From positions 762,328-826,327 of the forward strand of contig NW_002060951.1 of NCBI RefSeq assembly GCF_000150275.1: 64,000 nt of DNA, in the 5' to 3' direction. The notes under the pieces are model-generated. The model was not told the origin of the DNA. It saw nothing but the letters and a program-made list of their open reading frames with translations, and ran no database searches. This DNA comes from Trichoplax adhaerens. Lineage: Eukaryota > Animalia > Placozoa. Shown here piece by piece: positions 39,780-55,400 of this stretch. Each line of letters opens with the position of its first letter. The stretch's first letter is position 1. The translations under genes and the position numbers were made by a program.

Positions 39780-40220
39780 CAGCTAACAAAAACAGCATCG
39801 CTTGGTATCACAATTAGAATAGCTTGATTGAATAGCCTATGTTAAAATGGCAATGCCTAGATATTATAATTAGAATAGCAAAGTAAGACGACGGAATAAT
39901 CTCCATCAATAGCAAACAGCATCAATTTAGAACAAGGATATGGTATGGATAGAAACTAGCCAGAATGGTAACACCTGATATGATTATAATTAGAATAACG
40001 CAGTAGAAAGACTCAATACCTTCACCAGAAGGTGATTTTGCTTTTCTTATTTTAGAGCAACTTATTAACATGGGTATCAAATTAATTAATAAAACATCAC
40101 CTTGTTTCAATCAGAAGAACAAAGTGCAACAATTTAAATAGCCTCCATCAATAGGCAAAACAGCATCGTACCGGTATTCTCCTATTATAGTGCGAATATT
40201 TAAGGTATAAAAACTAGCAT
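39780..40220. repeat. Degenerate ~120-bp periodic repeat downstream of patatin paralog A
   Basis: aacagcatc at 39791, 39915 and 40159; ctccatcaatag at 39901 and 40143; attataattagaata twice about 120 nt apart; aaactagc twice. Confidence 0.55.
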
Positions 40221-40250
40221 TTTACAAGTAAGACTTGTCGGGTATATTGA

Positions 40251-43200
40251 TCATAGCTCCGAAACTAGTACTTCCTTATTTTGATTCTTTAGACTAGTAC
40301 GCTCTAACTCAGAAAAATCAACATCTTCATCGTCGTCATTTTCACTTGTATTTAAGTCTACACTTTGTGAATTTTGTTGTTCAGATTCTGTAGTCGGCTC
40401 TCCAGGTGTTTCACACAAGGTGGAATCTGAAGTTACTGTTGCAATACTAACTCTCCTAAGATCTACATCGGTCGAACAACCTTCTTCATCGTTCGTAGAA
40501 TGTTGTTCATTTTTATCTGATAGATTATCGTGATCAAGTTGTTGATCCCCAGAGGACTGATTACTACGATCGGATTGGGTATGATGATTCGATTGATCAT
40601 CATAATTTGACTGATCTTCAGTGTTGGGCTGATTATTCTGATCTTCAGTGTTGGGCTGATTATTCTGATCTTCAGTGTTGGGCTGATTATTCTGATCACG
40701 TTCAACAGCTACTTCAACGCAAATATCCTTATTAGATTGTACTTCGGATGATTTTATTTCACAATTTTGCAGCTGATGATTCATTTCTTCAAGTTCATCT
40801 AAATTAGGTTTCTGGCGGCGATGATTATGGCGAATTGCATCTTCAACTGATAATGTCCTGGTTGTAAAAGGTGTAGCTTGATCTGCTGGTTCGTTTTTGT
40901 CATAATTGCTACTGCTGCTCGAGAGTCGATTATCATTACCTGCTCCTTCCTCATCTAGAATTTTACCCTGCCGATTAACTATGATGGCCGGATTTACGCT
41001 TCCTCTAGTATTACGCCGTGGATAATTGATGACATCAACGTTATCCTTATCCGAAAGTGGGTTACCGAGGAAACTATTCATACCTCGTCTTTGCAAAATG
41101 GGAGACGGCGCTACTCCACGTCGGCTATCGATAAAACTTTTAATAAAGGCAATAGTTCCTCTTCTACCGCTCTATATCAAAATCATATTATAGTTTCACA
41201 AATAAGATCAAGTTTAAATATATGTAGGCTGTAGATCTTCTCCAATTATTTTTTGCTATTAGTAGAGCATTACAAATATGCTTTTAATACAAAGATTATA
41301 AAATACAGGTGACAGCTTCTCACTTTTTGCTCAACAATATTAATATTGTATTAGTCCGTGCATAATTCATTATTTCATATAAGGAATTATTTTTGATAGG
41401 TGTATGTAGGTAAGATTTTACTTCTTATTATACCGTGCGATTAAAGGGGTATTATTAACGAAGACTTCATATCAAGAAGAATTTCAATTTTGGCAACAGT
41501 TCCTTTCTGCCGCTCTAAGCGATTCATACTGTATTATAAAGTCATATTTGACGTCTACATTTCTTAATTATAAGCCACAGCCTATCTATACTTCTATATA
41601 ATTACTGCAATAGCTTATTCTAAACTAATGGCATAAATACATCGACATTAATTTCGTCACTATCAGTGGACTATGGCTATTTATGTTGACTTATGTTTCA
41701 TGTTAATACGGCTATTAAGTTCTAATTATAGCCTTCATATCAAGGAGTACAAAGCCTTGAAGCTGTACAAAAGCTATTTGTTTGCTAATCAAAGATAACA
41801 TTCCTACCTTGACTAATAGTCTTTTACTTTCTTTCGTCATTTCCCATTCGGTAGTTTTAACATAGTAGGTGTTGATACCAACAGTCCTATAGAAATCGTC
41901 AGTCTAAATTGTAAATAAGGATAGAAAATAATAATGGAAAATCCAAAGTTAGAAAAGACTAAATTCCGATCAGGTTTCATATCTTTTACTCCAATTAACT
42001 ATCCTTTATTTACATATATATATAAATCACTTTATACCCTAATAAATTTATTTTTGGTATTCATCAATATTGTTTCCTAGAAGAACAGGTGAAAGAATTC
42101 TTTACTTAATTAATCTCAATCAGAATTTGCATATGCATAAACATGAAAAAGAAGGAATAAAAGCATCCTACATATCTATATAATTTCTATCGCTATACAG
42201 TATTTCCTAGAATTACGTGTATGTAGAAACTGATTCTTTTCAGCACCATCAAAATCGATAGATGCAGAAATCGACACTACTTTAATACAGTACCTAGTAA
42301 CTACTATAATACGTACTATATAAATGTAATATATTTTCATATACGTTGCAAAATTTAAGTTAATTCTGATCGTAATACAATGATAGAACCAGTATCATAT
42401 TTTTCAATTACCACTAAAGATCCAATATATTCTTTAGGGTCGCGAATGTCAACGCGATCATGACCCAATAAGACACTCTTTAAATCAATTCCCCTCTTTC
42501 GAACATAATTATACAATTCCCATTCAGTAACCTATCCAAAAATATAGAATTATGATTTTAATAACGCCAGCTATTAAATTTTATAGAATTATTTTGATTT
42601 ATTAGCTACTATTACTACTTATAACGTAATAAAATCAATATAGCCCAGTAAATAAAATTAAAATTCGTGTGCATTTATTCGTAGGAGTACACGAGTAAAA
42701 GCTTACGAATAAAAATAAAATCGGGGTTACTATTTCTATATGCTACGTAACGTCCAGGAAAAAAAAATAAGATTACTCGTAACTGTAAGATACTGTATAT
42801 GAGTTGAAACATGAATAGTAAGCTTACCATGCCGTCATCATCAACATTGAGTTGATGTACAAATCTTCCGATCAAAAATTCTCTTGTAGCATCGGAGAAT
42901 TTAGTTGGATCCTCGCTACATAATATTCTTATGTCATCATCAACTAATTCCTCCTAATTAATAGCAATAACCAGACAATTTAATATCGGTCAATTGATAT
43001 AACCATCCATCTAACTATAAATTTATATGGTACACGGTATCAATGGAACAGGTAGAGGCTGTATACTGATCACATTGCTAGTCTACACTAATAGTATATC
43101 ATAAACACTTGAAATATCGAAAGTAATAAATTTTTTGAGCATAGGATGAAATAATTTTAGATTTTGTAGTAGCTCTGATAAATTAATCAAGATAATTAGT

Positions 43201-46200
43201 ACAACTGCAGCATTCCATGATTTAATTGCTCATTCCAAATCTATTGATAAAACGAGGCAAAGTTAAAAATAAAGAATCAACCTATCTTGTATCCTATTTA
43301 CCCGCTAAAAAGTATACTATATTTACTAGACACAAACTAATCCTATCATAGTCAGCAGTAACATTTTTCCTTTCACCTGAGTTAGAACACTTTGTACATC
43401 AATCACGTCATAATATAATTCTTCATATTTCTCCTTACTTTCGCTTAGAACCTATCAATGAAATTACAGTATTTTACAACACCAAATTTACCTTCGATTT
43501 ATTAAATAGAATTTTAAGTCTATTATCTCATCAAATATCGACTGCAGTACCCTTATAAGCAGTGGCATTTTATGCCAGTCTTTCAATACATAAAATATAA
43601 TCAAATTAAATAGAATTGTAACGCAATTACCCCTATAACATCTCGAATAATAATTTCCACAGCTTTACTTTTTTGGCCTTGACTTAAGTAAGCCTCCTCC
43701 TATCAATTAAAGTAATGCAGCATGAAACTTTCCATTGAAATAAATATAATAAATTAACAAAATCGGAGGACGACATAGGATGTTCCATGCGATTGTCTCA
43801 AACAAGGTATTTTTTTCACATTTTTACATCAGTTATATCCCAGATGAGAATATCGATACTGGTATGCTTACGAAACAGATAATTTGATCTAGCTATATCT
43901 AATCTAGTTACATACCAGCCAATCTTCAACTTTATCCTCAGATTTATCCTTATTAGTAGGAAATTGGATGTTTTCATCAAGATCTTGCATAAACCCAAGT
44001 AATTCTAGCAGAGTAACCTAATTAAATTGAAAGACCATGTTATATTAACTTAACAAGCTTTTTCTTATTCATGTAATCTGCTAATGGCTAGATATCCATG
44101 ATACTCATATCTATATATGACAAGTAGTATCCAAACTCTCCTAATTTGCGATTTCTTTCGCTATCATAAGGTATTAATAATTCATGAACTATTCATAAGC
44201 ACATAAATCATCGGATAGATATCATTAAAGTCCTCAAACTTATATCCACATAAAACTATTATTGACCATATCTTAAAGCAATCCTTATGATTTATCGACG
44301 CTTATACCTACTAGAAGACTGCTATAAATCTATTTTTAAAACTTTTAGCAACGAAACTGATATTATAAACAGTATTATTCAACCTATAAGTACCGTAACT
44401 CTCAGGTTATCATTAGTCTCTATTTTTCCTTTCATATATTACGAGACTTTACATTGTTGGAATTAATACGCATATAACAGTCCTGGACGTTAGATTTTTA
44501 TAAATCAATGCATACCTTTTTATCGCCATCAGGATTAATTTGCTGTAGAAGCTCTACATAACTATTGCATTTGAGTATCCGCAGGGATTTCTTAGGCAGC
44601 TAATTAATTAGCATTTAATAAACAAATTTGATATTAATAATGAATCGGTATCCGGAAATACATTTAGGTCCTTCATTACAACTATAAGGTAGTATAATGT
44701 TTATTCTTCATGTTTCAAATATTACACTTTCTGATTATTATAAGACGGTTACGTTACGAAAGTCATGCTCGAAATTTACTACTGATTTTAGAAGATTATT
44801 ATAAGTTATCAAGAAGCTTTGTTCTACAACTACGATCTTGATTTATTATCTTAATTAATTAAGGAACATAAATTCCTCATATAATTGCAACCATGAGTTC
44901 CCATAAGCATCATTAGTTCTCATCAAGTAGACTTGATAATAGTATACTATGGGCTGATCGACGTGGTAAACGGGAAATACCTCTTTTATACACTCCTTGA
45001 CCTTTTCCGTTTCATAACAAATTTCATCATAAAACTTCGGTTCCTTCTCCCGTAATAACTTTATGAAAGTACCAAAAGCTTCTGATAGATTATGTTTTTT
45101 CGTAGCTTCAATGTAGCATTTCATTCTAATTTCAAATACAACAACATAAAATCCATACATAAAGTGAACCCATCGCGCATTAATATATCATATAGTTTCC
45201 TAGCTTTAATGGTTTTACTATTACTTCAAGTAATGGTACAACACTAATAATTAGAATAACAATTTTACTAGAATAGCAGAATATGAATAGGATAGGCTAT
45301 CGTATTGAAAGATTCATATTTATTATATTGTACTTTTACACTCTACGCTTAAATCAAGCATAACCAAATTACTTAGTCTATCAATCAATCAAATAGTTGC
45401 AAAATCCTTAGATTAAATCGCAACCATCCATTCATAAATTCATAAAATAGTTGGGGTAGATATACCTCTTCTTCATCCTTTTCTCTTGTGTTTGTTTTAG
45501 CCTGTCAATTTGTGTAATGGGCTTCCTACCAAATAATTTCTGCTCTCTCCTAATTAATTTTTTCCCAAAAATCTCAGGTTCATTTTCTGAAAACTATACA
45601 ACATATCCAAATGTTATCAATTTAAATTTGATTTTCAGTATAATTTTGCTGTAACGTCCTATTCTTAACACCAGCATCTAATATTGTTTATAAGTAGCTT
45701 AAGTTAAAAATCCATTTTTATTTTATAATAAGAAGAGCTATCATCTAGCACAGATATTGCTTTAATCTGGGCTTGTTTGTAATGCAATTGAACTATATAT
45801 TATTTTAGAGGTTGCTAAAAGGAATGATAGCTCTCCTTTGATAAGCTTCAGAGCAGTGTCTATCACATAATTAAGTATTAATTACAAAATGAGGATATCC
45901 AAACTTACCAATAGAAAGCCAATAGTTTTATTATCTTCCCCTAGTTTAAATCGATCATCCACCTCTCCTGAATTTCCGCTTTGAACTTTACGAAGGAAAG
46001 TGTTCTCTTCCTTCATGGATAGCCACCAACCTAGAAGCCATACAGTACAATATCCATTATCAATTGATTAAAATATTTTTAGGGCTATTACAAAATATTT
46101 AATTGAAATCGATGCAATGCTTCTTTAATACAAGCTACATTTATGTAAATGCCCATATTGAAGGCTTTAAAGTTAATAAGTTTTGATGTAATATCTTGCT

Positions 46201-49200
46201 CTAAAAGTTCTATTTGTATGGCCACACTAAAAATAATTAAAATTTGATGTGGTAATCAATTTACTTCAAGTTATACATACATGGTTATATCGAAATTTGA
46301 ATTAAAAGTGAAGCAATATTCCATCTACTGCATTTATAACCATGCAGATATAATAGGTTATATCAGGTTGATAGGGCTACTATTTTTTACAAGTTATACG
46401 TATTACTAAATTAAATTTGATTAGCATCGACGTACTATTCTACATACACGTATAGCAATTTATGTTTGCACCGTGATATCGAAAATAGTTAAATTCAATG
46501 CGATATCGTATTTCATAATTATCATAAACAGCTGAGTACAGTACCTACCATCGAACACATGGATTGGATAGTTACATACTAATCCACCATCAGTATAAAT
46601 ATCGTTGAATGTTGCTCCTTTTTCCCAATTACCACAGCAGCAACAACAAAATAGGCATCGTATACATTTAAAAGTCGATTCTCGTCTTTCTTCTTCTTTC
46701 GACAGATCTTGTCGTTTATACTTTGCTCTCGTAAAATAGCCTGTAAAGCATCGTATGCAATGCATGCATTAGTCAAGCCTTAAATATATTCATTATCTTA
46801 AGACTAATGTTATTTACCTAGGGCTTGCTTGATAACATATCGCTTACTATTTTATGTGGAGCTATCATTGTATACGGTAGTAATTTATGTTACTATATCA
46901 TATTTTTGTCCTCTATGGATACCGAACTTAATAGAAATGAAATTCTTGCCTAAAAACCTCATTACTGCATTCCTTTTTAAATGATTATACGTAGTGATAA
47001 CTTTTTTGTCAAGTCATGAATATTAGGTTTATTTGATATTTAAATCATAAATTGACGTTCGCAGAGAAATTTTGTATAAGTTAGTTAAGCTATTAGCTGC
47101 TAATTTGTGATACACGAGAAAGATATATAACCATCAGCAAAGTAAAAATCATAAAGCTGCCCTACCAGCACAGAAACTACAGCATCATTATTAGAATGTA
47201 TGATTAAGCATCAAGGATTCGTTGTATAAGTTGATTGATAACGGTTCAAGACTGTTTAAGGAAAACTTTTTCAGCTACAGCCCACAGCCCTCAAGCACAT
47301 CAAATGACTTGCTAATAATATGTAGTACTGTAAAGCTCAGTACAATAATATGCATTTATTACTGAATGATAGATAATATTATAGAGCTCGGACACTAATT
47401 AAAGTTATACTCTCTTATTAGCTTTGGCTACTTCAACATGATACTTCCAAGTTTTTTATTAATATTACGTCTGATCAATTGCCCGTACCTGGTAGTGACA
47501 TGGACATTCTAACTGCTTTATAGATTGGTATGTGAGGAGTTGTTTTCGGATGAAAATATTCCGCATCTAATCGATTTAAATTGGTAGCTAAAACACATAG
47601 TTCGATGCCGGTATCGTCATAAAGCTATGATAAAGGAAAGAAATAAAGCAAAGGAATTCAAAATCGGATCTGAAATGTAGCAGATTTAAATAATTTTGAA
47701 TATGAAATTGCCTTTTGATAATTTTTAAGTATTTTCTATACTTTTATCAAGTGCTAATTACAGCAAATATATATAATCAACATTTTACAGTTACCTCACG
47801 AAAGGTTAAATCGAATTTCCTGTTATCCTGACTCAGATACGGACCCTCTGCTAATTTTCGTTGAAACCACTTTTCTAAACGCCCACCGGGATTCCAGCCA
47901 TATCGTAAGATTAAATTTGGCAAGCAACATATTTTCCCGCGCCAATCATCTGCACTCAATCATACCGAGTAAGAAGCAATTCCGAATAAAATAAAGGAAG
48001 ATGGAGTAAGAACAAAGATTCATAAAGAACGATAAAGCGCATACACTGTCACGGTTTTAATATAATGCTGTTAATCAAGAATTTACCTTTAATAACTCTC
48101 TTGATCGTATCACCTTCAAGAGTATTAGCAATCTCGTCAACACTGAAACCAACTGCTAGCAGAGCAACCAGCATGGCGCCAGCACTCGCCCCAGCATAGC
48201 GACGAATCTTAGGTTTACCATCTGCTTCTTTAAATAATTCTAACCTGTTTAACACCTTCAGAATACAACAAAAGTAATTCAAAATAAAAAAAGCAGTCCG
48301 TTAATATGTCCAAACCATCACGAACACCTGTTGAAATGAAGGAATATATGTACAGGTGGCTTAAGCACTTAATATAATCGTTTACGGAAATAAATGCAGA
48401 TTTGTAAATAATAAATATCGTAAATTAATTAAATCTGTTTACACTTTTTGAAAGTTTATACGATCTAATTACTTTAACTCTGTAGATAACAAGACGACAG
48501 TTTTGGACTCATGTGTGTGAGTATGTAAACTTTACAGCTAATAAAATTAAAAATAAACTGTGCTATATGGGTAAATGGTACGTATGACAACAAAGCGACA
48601 ATCTTTATAGTTGTTTTCGTTTAAGTAAGATTAATCATCATATTGTTTAAATTCATTCAGCGTTATCTCATTAAAATAAACGTAAAATTACACCAGACTT
48701 TTACTGCTCAGGATTTACTCATTTTAACTATTGTCAATTTAAAGCGGTTACCTCTGATTATATCTTAAAATTTAAATAAGTTTTATACTAATGTAACATA
48801 AGCCAGAAATCGTTTTACCTTATTAAGATCTAACTTCAGGTAATTAAATTTAATCACTAAATCTAGCTCCACATATTAACATGTTGAAGAAGCACAAAAC
48901 GATCTCAGACTCTAATTAATGATGAGTTAGTCCTTTCGCCAAACTTAGCGTTAAATAATCATCCTAAATTACGTTATGCTACCATAACTGTAAATTTTTA
49001 GCAATTACCGTTGACGATACTAACCTTAAAGCCAGAGAAAAAGTATCACGAACGATAAATCGCAATGTATAATTACAATTAAATGATTATCACCTTCCTA
49101 TATGTTACTCCCCAGTCATTGATTTATTACCTTAATCTCTTTCTATTTTTGCCTTATATTTTAAATGTATCAACATCTTGCTATTAAAAACGCCCTTATT

Positions 49201-49415
49201 TAATTTTTCGTACACGGTAAAATAATCATCATGGTGCCACGACTAACCTGTAAAGCTCCAACATAAGCCATTCCTTTGACTCCTCCGCCTTCGAATACTA
49301 AATTCTCGAATGGAACTCTAGAAATAGAATGGTCTTCTATCAAAGCATCCAGTTGTGCTTTTAACAATTGGAGTTGTAACTCCTCTTCTTCTTCCCAAAT
49401 ATCGAGTAAGCTCAT
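40251..49415 (-). CDS. Patatin-like phospholipase (ExoU/VipD-like subgroup), paralog A: poly-Cys loop, two EF-hand-like motifs, long acidic tail
   Basis: Exons 49415-49248, 48255-48087, 47949-47795, 47624-47489, 46740-46549, 46030-45909, 45593-45466, 45125-44981, 44599-44516, 44017-43916, 43451-43377, 42953-42828, 42531-42412, 42076-42038, 41903-41808, 41171-40251. Oxyanion NLVFEGGGVKGMAYVGAL, nucleophile GASAG, AVRMSMSLPG, catalytic DGGLVCNYP. EF-like INPDGDKKVTLLEL and LNVDDDGMVTEWEL. Confidence 0.85.
40611..40697 (-). repeat. Perfect 27-nt coding tandem repeat, 3.2 copies (DQNNQPNTE)
   Basis: ctgatcttcagtgttgggctgattatt at 40611, 40638 and 40665, plus a partial copy at 40692. Confidence 0.95.
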
Positions 49416-52400
49416 ATTAGCAACTGGCGAGTTAGTGGAGCTTTTCCTTTAACGATTGGAGTAAAGAAGCACAAAAAATTCAGAAACCAGTTAATTTTTA
49501 TTTTACTGGTGTGAGCAAGATATCTGCTGATTAGATCTTACAGAATAAGACTAAATAAATTTCTGATCTGATAAACTACAAGAATCTCACTCATATTCCA
49601 ATACAAGCAATAAATCAACCAAGAAAGACCAAAATATTGTACAACATATTGAATGATTCAAATTTAAATACGACCCGACCCCTCTTTCTTAAAATGATAT
49701 TACGGTCATAGTAATAATATCTTGCCATCATCTTGTATATTATTAACTCTTTATAAATCAGGTCAAATACCAATATAAACTAGAGAAACATCGCGTTTTC
49801 CAATTTTCCTGATCATAGCACCTACTTCGCAGTGGGCTTTAATCAAAATATGAAAACACGCCCGACAATAAGAATATCATACTTAACGATTATTTCCGTA
49901 TCTTCTTACCAATCTTATCTTTAATTAAAACTATTAAAGATTACTTGCTAGATGCTCTATGTTTCTAATTAAATAATTCAATAGCTTTTGTATTCTAATA
50001 TATAGAAGCACAAATAAAACGAGCCGGTACTATTGCACTGCAATAGTAATAGTGTAGGAAAGCTGTTTATTTAATACCATGATCTACGATAAAGGCATAT
50101 TCTGAAATCTTTAATCTTATTGCTTAATATGTAGCTAGTTTCTAGAACGATCAAAAACTACCGTATTACTTTTCCTTAGGGATTCAGTTAAAATTATAAA
50201 ATTGGAAAGAGCTCGACTTAGTGCTATAGCAACTTTAGAATAAACACTACCAGAAAATGATTCTTATTCAACATCATGATATGCCATAATGACAAGTTTT
50301 TTATCCTGTAATTATGATTTGTTAATTCAAGCTAAGGGGATAGAGAGCTGTTATTTTCTTTGAATTTAGCTATTAATTACCCAATCGAATACTATACAAT
50401 CATGAAAGTAGATAAAAAATGGAAAATTGATTAAAAATGCAGCACTAGATCAAGCTAAAATGACAAAGGCTTCATCTCAATTATAGGACCAATAACTGCA
50501 TTCTTAAAACAATCAAGATTGGCAATTTTTATCATTTTTTTCATGAGTTATCATCTTATGTATGTAATACTATAACTCTATTACAAATTACTCTCGATCG
50601 GACAGCATAGGATCACAAAAGTAAATGATGTAAGAAACAATTATTATTTAACACCATGGAAAGCTTGAAATAGTAAAGATTTCAATCTTATAAATATGAT
50701 CTGCCAGTTCATTCTTAAAACGAAGATATTTCACTACTCTTAGCATTTTCTAGGTAGTTGCTGGGTATCATTTTATGTATCTTTTATCAATAGAAGACTA
50801 GAAATTACGGTACGCCCGATCCGGCATCTCAGAATCATTAAAGTAAATAATATTGGAAAAGGATTTTTATTCACAGCATAACACATTAATGATAGTATGA
50901 ACTTCTTTTCTATGGTTATCACAAAGAACCTCGCTGTAAAATAATGAAGATTTGTTGTCTTCACCTTTTTCTTGCGATAATTATTATCTTTCAGGAATTT
51001 TATGTAGATATGGATTGCATCGATTTTATTTGTTATCATTCATTATTTAATTATCTAATTTTTAACATTGCTACAACATTGCTACTCATCGAACCGCCCT
51101 AATACTGTATGTCAGCGTGCATGCTAAGAGATATAACTTACGAGTTTGCTATAATATCGTCGTTTCTCTCCTATATGATCTACTGTACTAGACTCAATTA
51201 ACATGGGATTGGATCTAAACCTATTCTATTTTAAGCCTATCGATGAAATCATCTATTTCGTATTACCCTCTACAAGTAATGATCGTATTTGACCTGAAAG
51301 GCATGGAGTAAAGGTAAGTACCCTAAATTCAAGTTCATTCTATACAGAAGCACACCCTTAACACTATCAATTTCCACATTGATAGCTTAAGAGTCACTCT
51401 TGAATAAATTTTTATCAAATTGTAACTAGCAGTACTATCAGCCCGTAGCCAAAGTAAGATTTTTTAACAAGTACTAATTACTTTTATAATCTATGTTGAA
51501 CAACGCTCGCGATCAGAATTATTAATTCAAATCTTCTTGATGAGACAAACTGATCTACCCTATCAATGATCTAGACTTTATAACTGGCGTTACTTATAAA
51601 TAATTATCAACAACAACTGTCATTAAAGTAGGTATGATCATCTGATATTCATAGATAATTTTGAAGTCAGTCATCAATCTAGCAATCTACTTATTTTTGC
51701 GCAAGGTGTCCATTAAGGTAATATAAGTTAATACGAGTAATACTTGATTCATTAATAACTTAGAATCGATTTACTTGACTCGTTTGCATCAACTAATTAA
51801 TCAATTCGGCTGCTTAAGTATTATATCACTTGGATTTCTGTAATAATGACAGTAAGAAATAATCGAGTCAACTTGTTAGCTCGCACCTCACGCATTAAAT
51901 AAATGAAACAGCCTACTCATTTTACAGTAGAGCAAGAGTCAACATATCACGGATTCAATACTTGAACAAATTTTAGTTGAATATTCCTTAAAACCCATTG
52001 GCTAACCTGTTGAATCAATCATGGAACGATGTAATCGCAAAAATAAGAATATGAGTCGACAATTAAAAATTGGGACGGTTAGCTATCAAGTACAGTAAAG
52101 CAATTTTAGCTTACTGGCTTCTGCCTATACGTTCAATCATACTTAAAATCAATCGGATTTAGAACAATGTACTTATTTTAAGATAAGAATCATCAAGACT
52201 AACGGTTTAATAAACCTTGATTCAAAATAGCCTTAGAATCCCATTCGTTTTAAACTAACTCAAAGTATTGGTCAGCCTTTCTCGATGATTTAAAATTATC
52301 ATGATCAGATATTAAATTATATCATTTTAACTCAATTTGGATTTTCTTCTGCTACATTCAACGACTACAATTCTTAATTTAGATGTCTACTTTGGAACCA

Positions 52401-55400
52401 GCATACCTTGAATTCTCCAGAATTAATAGATCGTGACGATAAATATCAGGAAAAGGCGTAGATCAACTTTGTTCTTGGTATTCTAATAAAGGCTAATGGA
52501 ATTGTAAATACATATATCAAGATACCAATCTAATCCAATGCTCCGATTTCTCGATTTGGTTTAAGCGAAGCTACTGTAGAAGCATGGAAATTGCTATAGA
52601 TATTTATATATGCCGCTAAGCAGTTTGTGAAAAGTTATTCATGCTAATTAGACATTAATGAGAAAGAGGGAAGAGTCCTAGTCTTTGTCTGTCTTTTAGC
52701 TAATTACTATGCAATGTTCTATCAGTCATTTTCTGCTTAAGGTTGGGCAACCAAACAATACTGAATGCTTATTTTGAATAACATAATTACTCATCAATAA
52801 AGGCAAACAATATGCCACAAGAATAGCGCCTGTTAGCGACGGTAAATTGAGTTCTTTCTATATGGTCTAAATTGGCAAGCTCTACTATTATCCTTGAATA
52901 AAGGAGTGGCCTCGAATATAATACTGTGGAAAATGATCCATAAATGAATCTACTATCATCGTAACAACAGTTGCTTATGATGATAAATGATATTCTAAAG
53001 TACTTTTAAGTCGATCTGATCAACGCGTACGATTTGTATCCTTACTTTTAAGTCAAATGATGGATACCCTCTTACATCAGAATGTACTATTGTATGTTTT
53101 AACTTTCATTTAACATGGCATGATGATTGATAGAAAATTAATAAGAGATGTTGGTCTGTAATCTAAGTGTCAGTAGTTAATAGATGTTCGATACACTGAT
53201 GCGTCCAATGAAAAGTCATCGAGTCGTAGACAAAACTAGTAGTCAGATGGAATATTCTTAACATCCTTGTAGACTAACGTCATGAAATCCCTTAATTCTA
53301 TTTATCGGTTAGGGAGAGCTGTAACTGATAGTTAAAAGTATGTAGGAAGTTAATGAATCAATTTCAGCTTCCTCGCGCCTTTGATAATCATTTTAGGCAT
53401 GGACAACAAATTTGTTTGTCGTACTAAGTCAGCAATTCGCTTCTTGCTGTAGTTTTAGATATAACGTATGTAAAGTTGGACTGTGATATCGTATTTGTTC
53501 CATTGAAAGTTGTATTAGCGGAAAGAAAAGCTAACTGGTCAGAGTGGCAGTTGAATAGATCTACACTCCTTAATACTCACAATACATCAATAACTAGATA
53601 TACTACTGTATATAGTGTAATGCTGTAGTTCTATTTCGATTAGAGTATGATAGAATTAGGTGGAATTGAATTTAAAATATTGCTCATAGAGAATTAGAAG
53701 CTATTACAAAGACGCAATACTACTAGTTATTTGCCGGGATTACAAAATTTGTAATATATTAGCCGATAGTTAACATTTACTTATGGCTGTAGTACCCTCT
53801 AAAATTAGTAATCCTGTCGATTTTAATATGCAAAACACAGGATAATTCATGAAATTATTCCCGCATTGTATCGATACTGAATGAGCTTTTATATTCTGGG
53901 GTCTCCATATTAATGTCGCCAATTAATCTACTATCAATGAGATCAAGTTTTCTCGCCTTGCTAGGATTCTTACGTGAGTACATTGCCCTTTTATTCGTTT
54001 AAGTGATATTAATAAAAAATCTGCGTGCGTCGTTATGATCTCAAACTTAAATAGCTGTTTAAGGATGATTTAGGATTTTAAAATATCTATGAGTTAGTCA
54101 ATAGCTCTGTAGAATATGAATTGTTATGATACCCCGATATTTGCAATAGTAAGATTGCATTTAAATATTCAATTACTGTAGTCATCTAGTCAGCAAAGAT
54201 CAATTTTGAATTTAATTGAAGATCTTAATAAGCAGCATAAAATAGAAAGCACGCTATTAGCATTCTTACTCTTTATACGTATTCCACTTCATATTCATAC
54301 AATTACAGTATTATTTGCTGAGGAATATTTACCCTGATGCAGACTTACCATAATGCTATATCTTGTAAATGGTTAATCCTACTTTAGGAATACTCGCATA
54401 CTCACAGAAATTAATTCTAGTCTTATGTGTAATGTAAGGAAAAGGTTTATTACCGTAAGATCTGAAATCAACACTGGAATAACTGTATCATGTAAACATA
54501 ATATACAATTGTTATATTGAGCAAGTCGACAGGCCGAAAGGTTTCAACCCGCTCGACAGTAGTGCAAATCTAATGTAGATCGTAAGCATAAATATAAAGC
54601 AAAAATGAAAGCAAGCAAAGATAAATGTTCAATTTATGCACTGGCTTTATACTATCTAATTACGTTATAAGATACCAATTTATTTCACTGCCACGTATTA
54701 ATAGTTTTAGGCTTTCTGACTGATTTAGAGAATATCCAAGCCGAAATATAATTTCTATAAAGACTGTACTACGCTTTTCCCAGTTAACCAGTAAATCACC
54801 AGATGAAAGCGAAATCAATGAGCGGTAGTAATGTCTTTACGTCATTAAAGTATTTTGTCATCTGAGAATATCTTAAGTGCTTGAGCTGATACTATTATGA
54901 TGCAGCACCTATATTTAGCAGTTACATGATAGCTATACAAGATTCCTTATTCCAACATCATCACATTAATATTACAGCGTTTCTTTCTTTATTTCTCTCT
55001 ATCTTTAACGGGTAACAGTACTACGTAATCATTTATTATTGGAGATAGTAACAAAATCTTAGAAACGCATTACGGGGACTTACAATTAGTATTAGTAGTA
55101 CAAGTAGATTGCTTCGCATAACATCTAGCTTAAACCTATAATAAAAATTTGATTCTTTAATTACACATTATTACAGTATTGCCAAAAGCGACAACCCTCT
55201 GATAAATCACATACGGGAAATCGTATTAATATACCGTTTTATATATCAATGTAAATATTCACATATTCTCATATTTATAAATGTTTCGGACTGTAGCTGC
55301 AACACTCTAAATAGCACTATACTTTTGATTCCATAACGCAGACTATACTTCATTGTAGATACAACAGAATGAGTTATAATATTAGTGGATATTAAGATTA

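Noticed and set aside
50773-51039. 88-aa minus-strand ORF and similar 60-100 aa intronic or antisense ORFs
   Set aside because: No recognisable motifs or supporting exon structure; consistent with random AT-rich ORFs.
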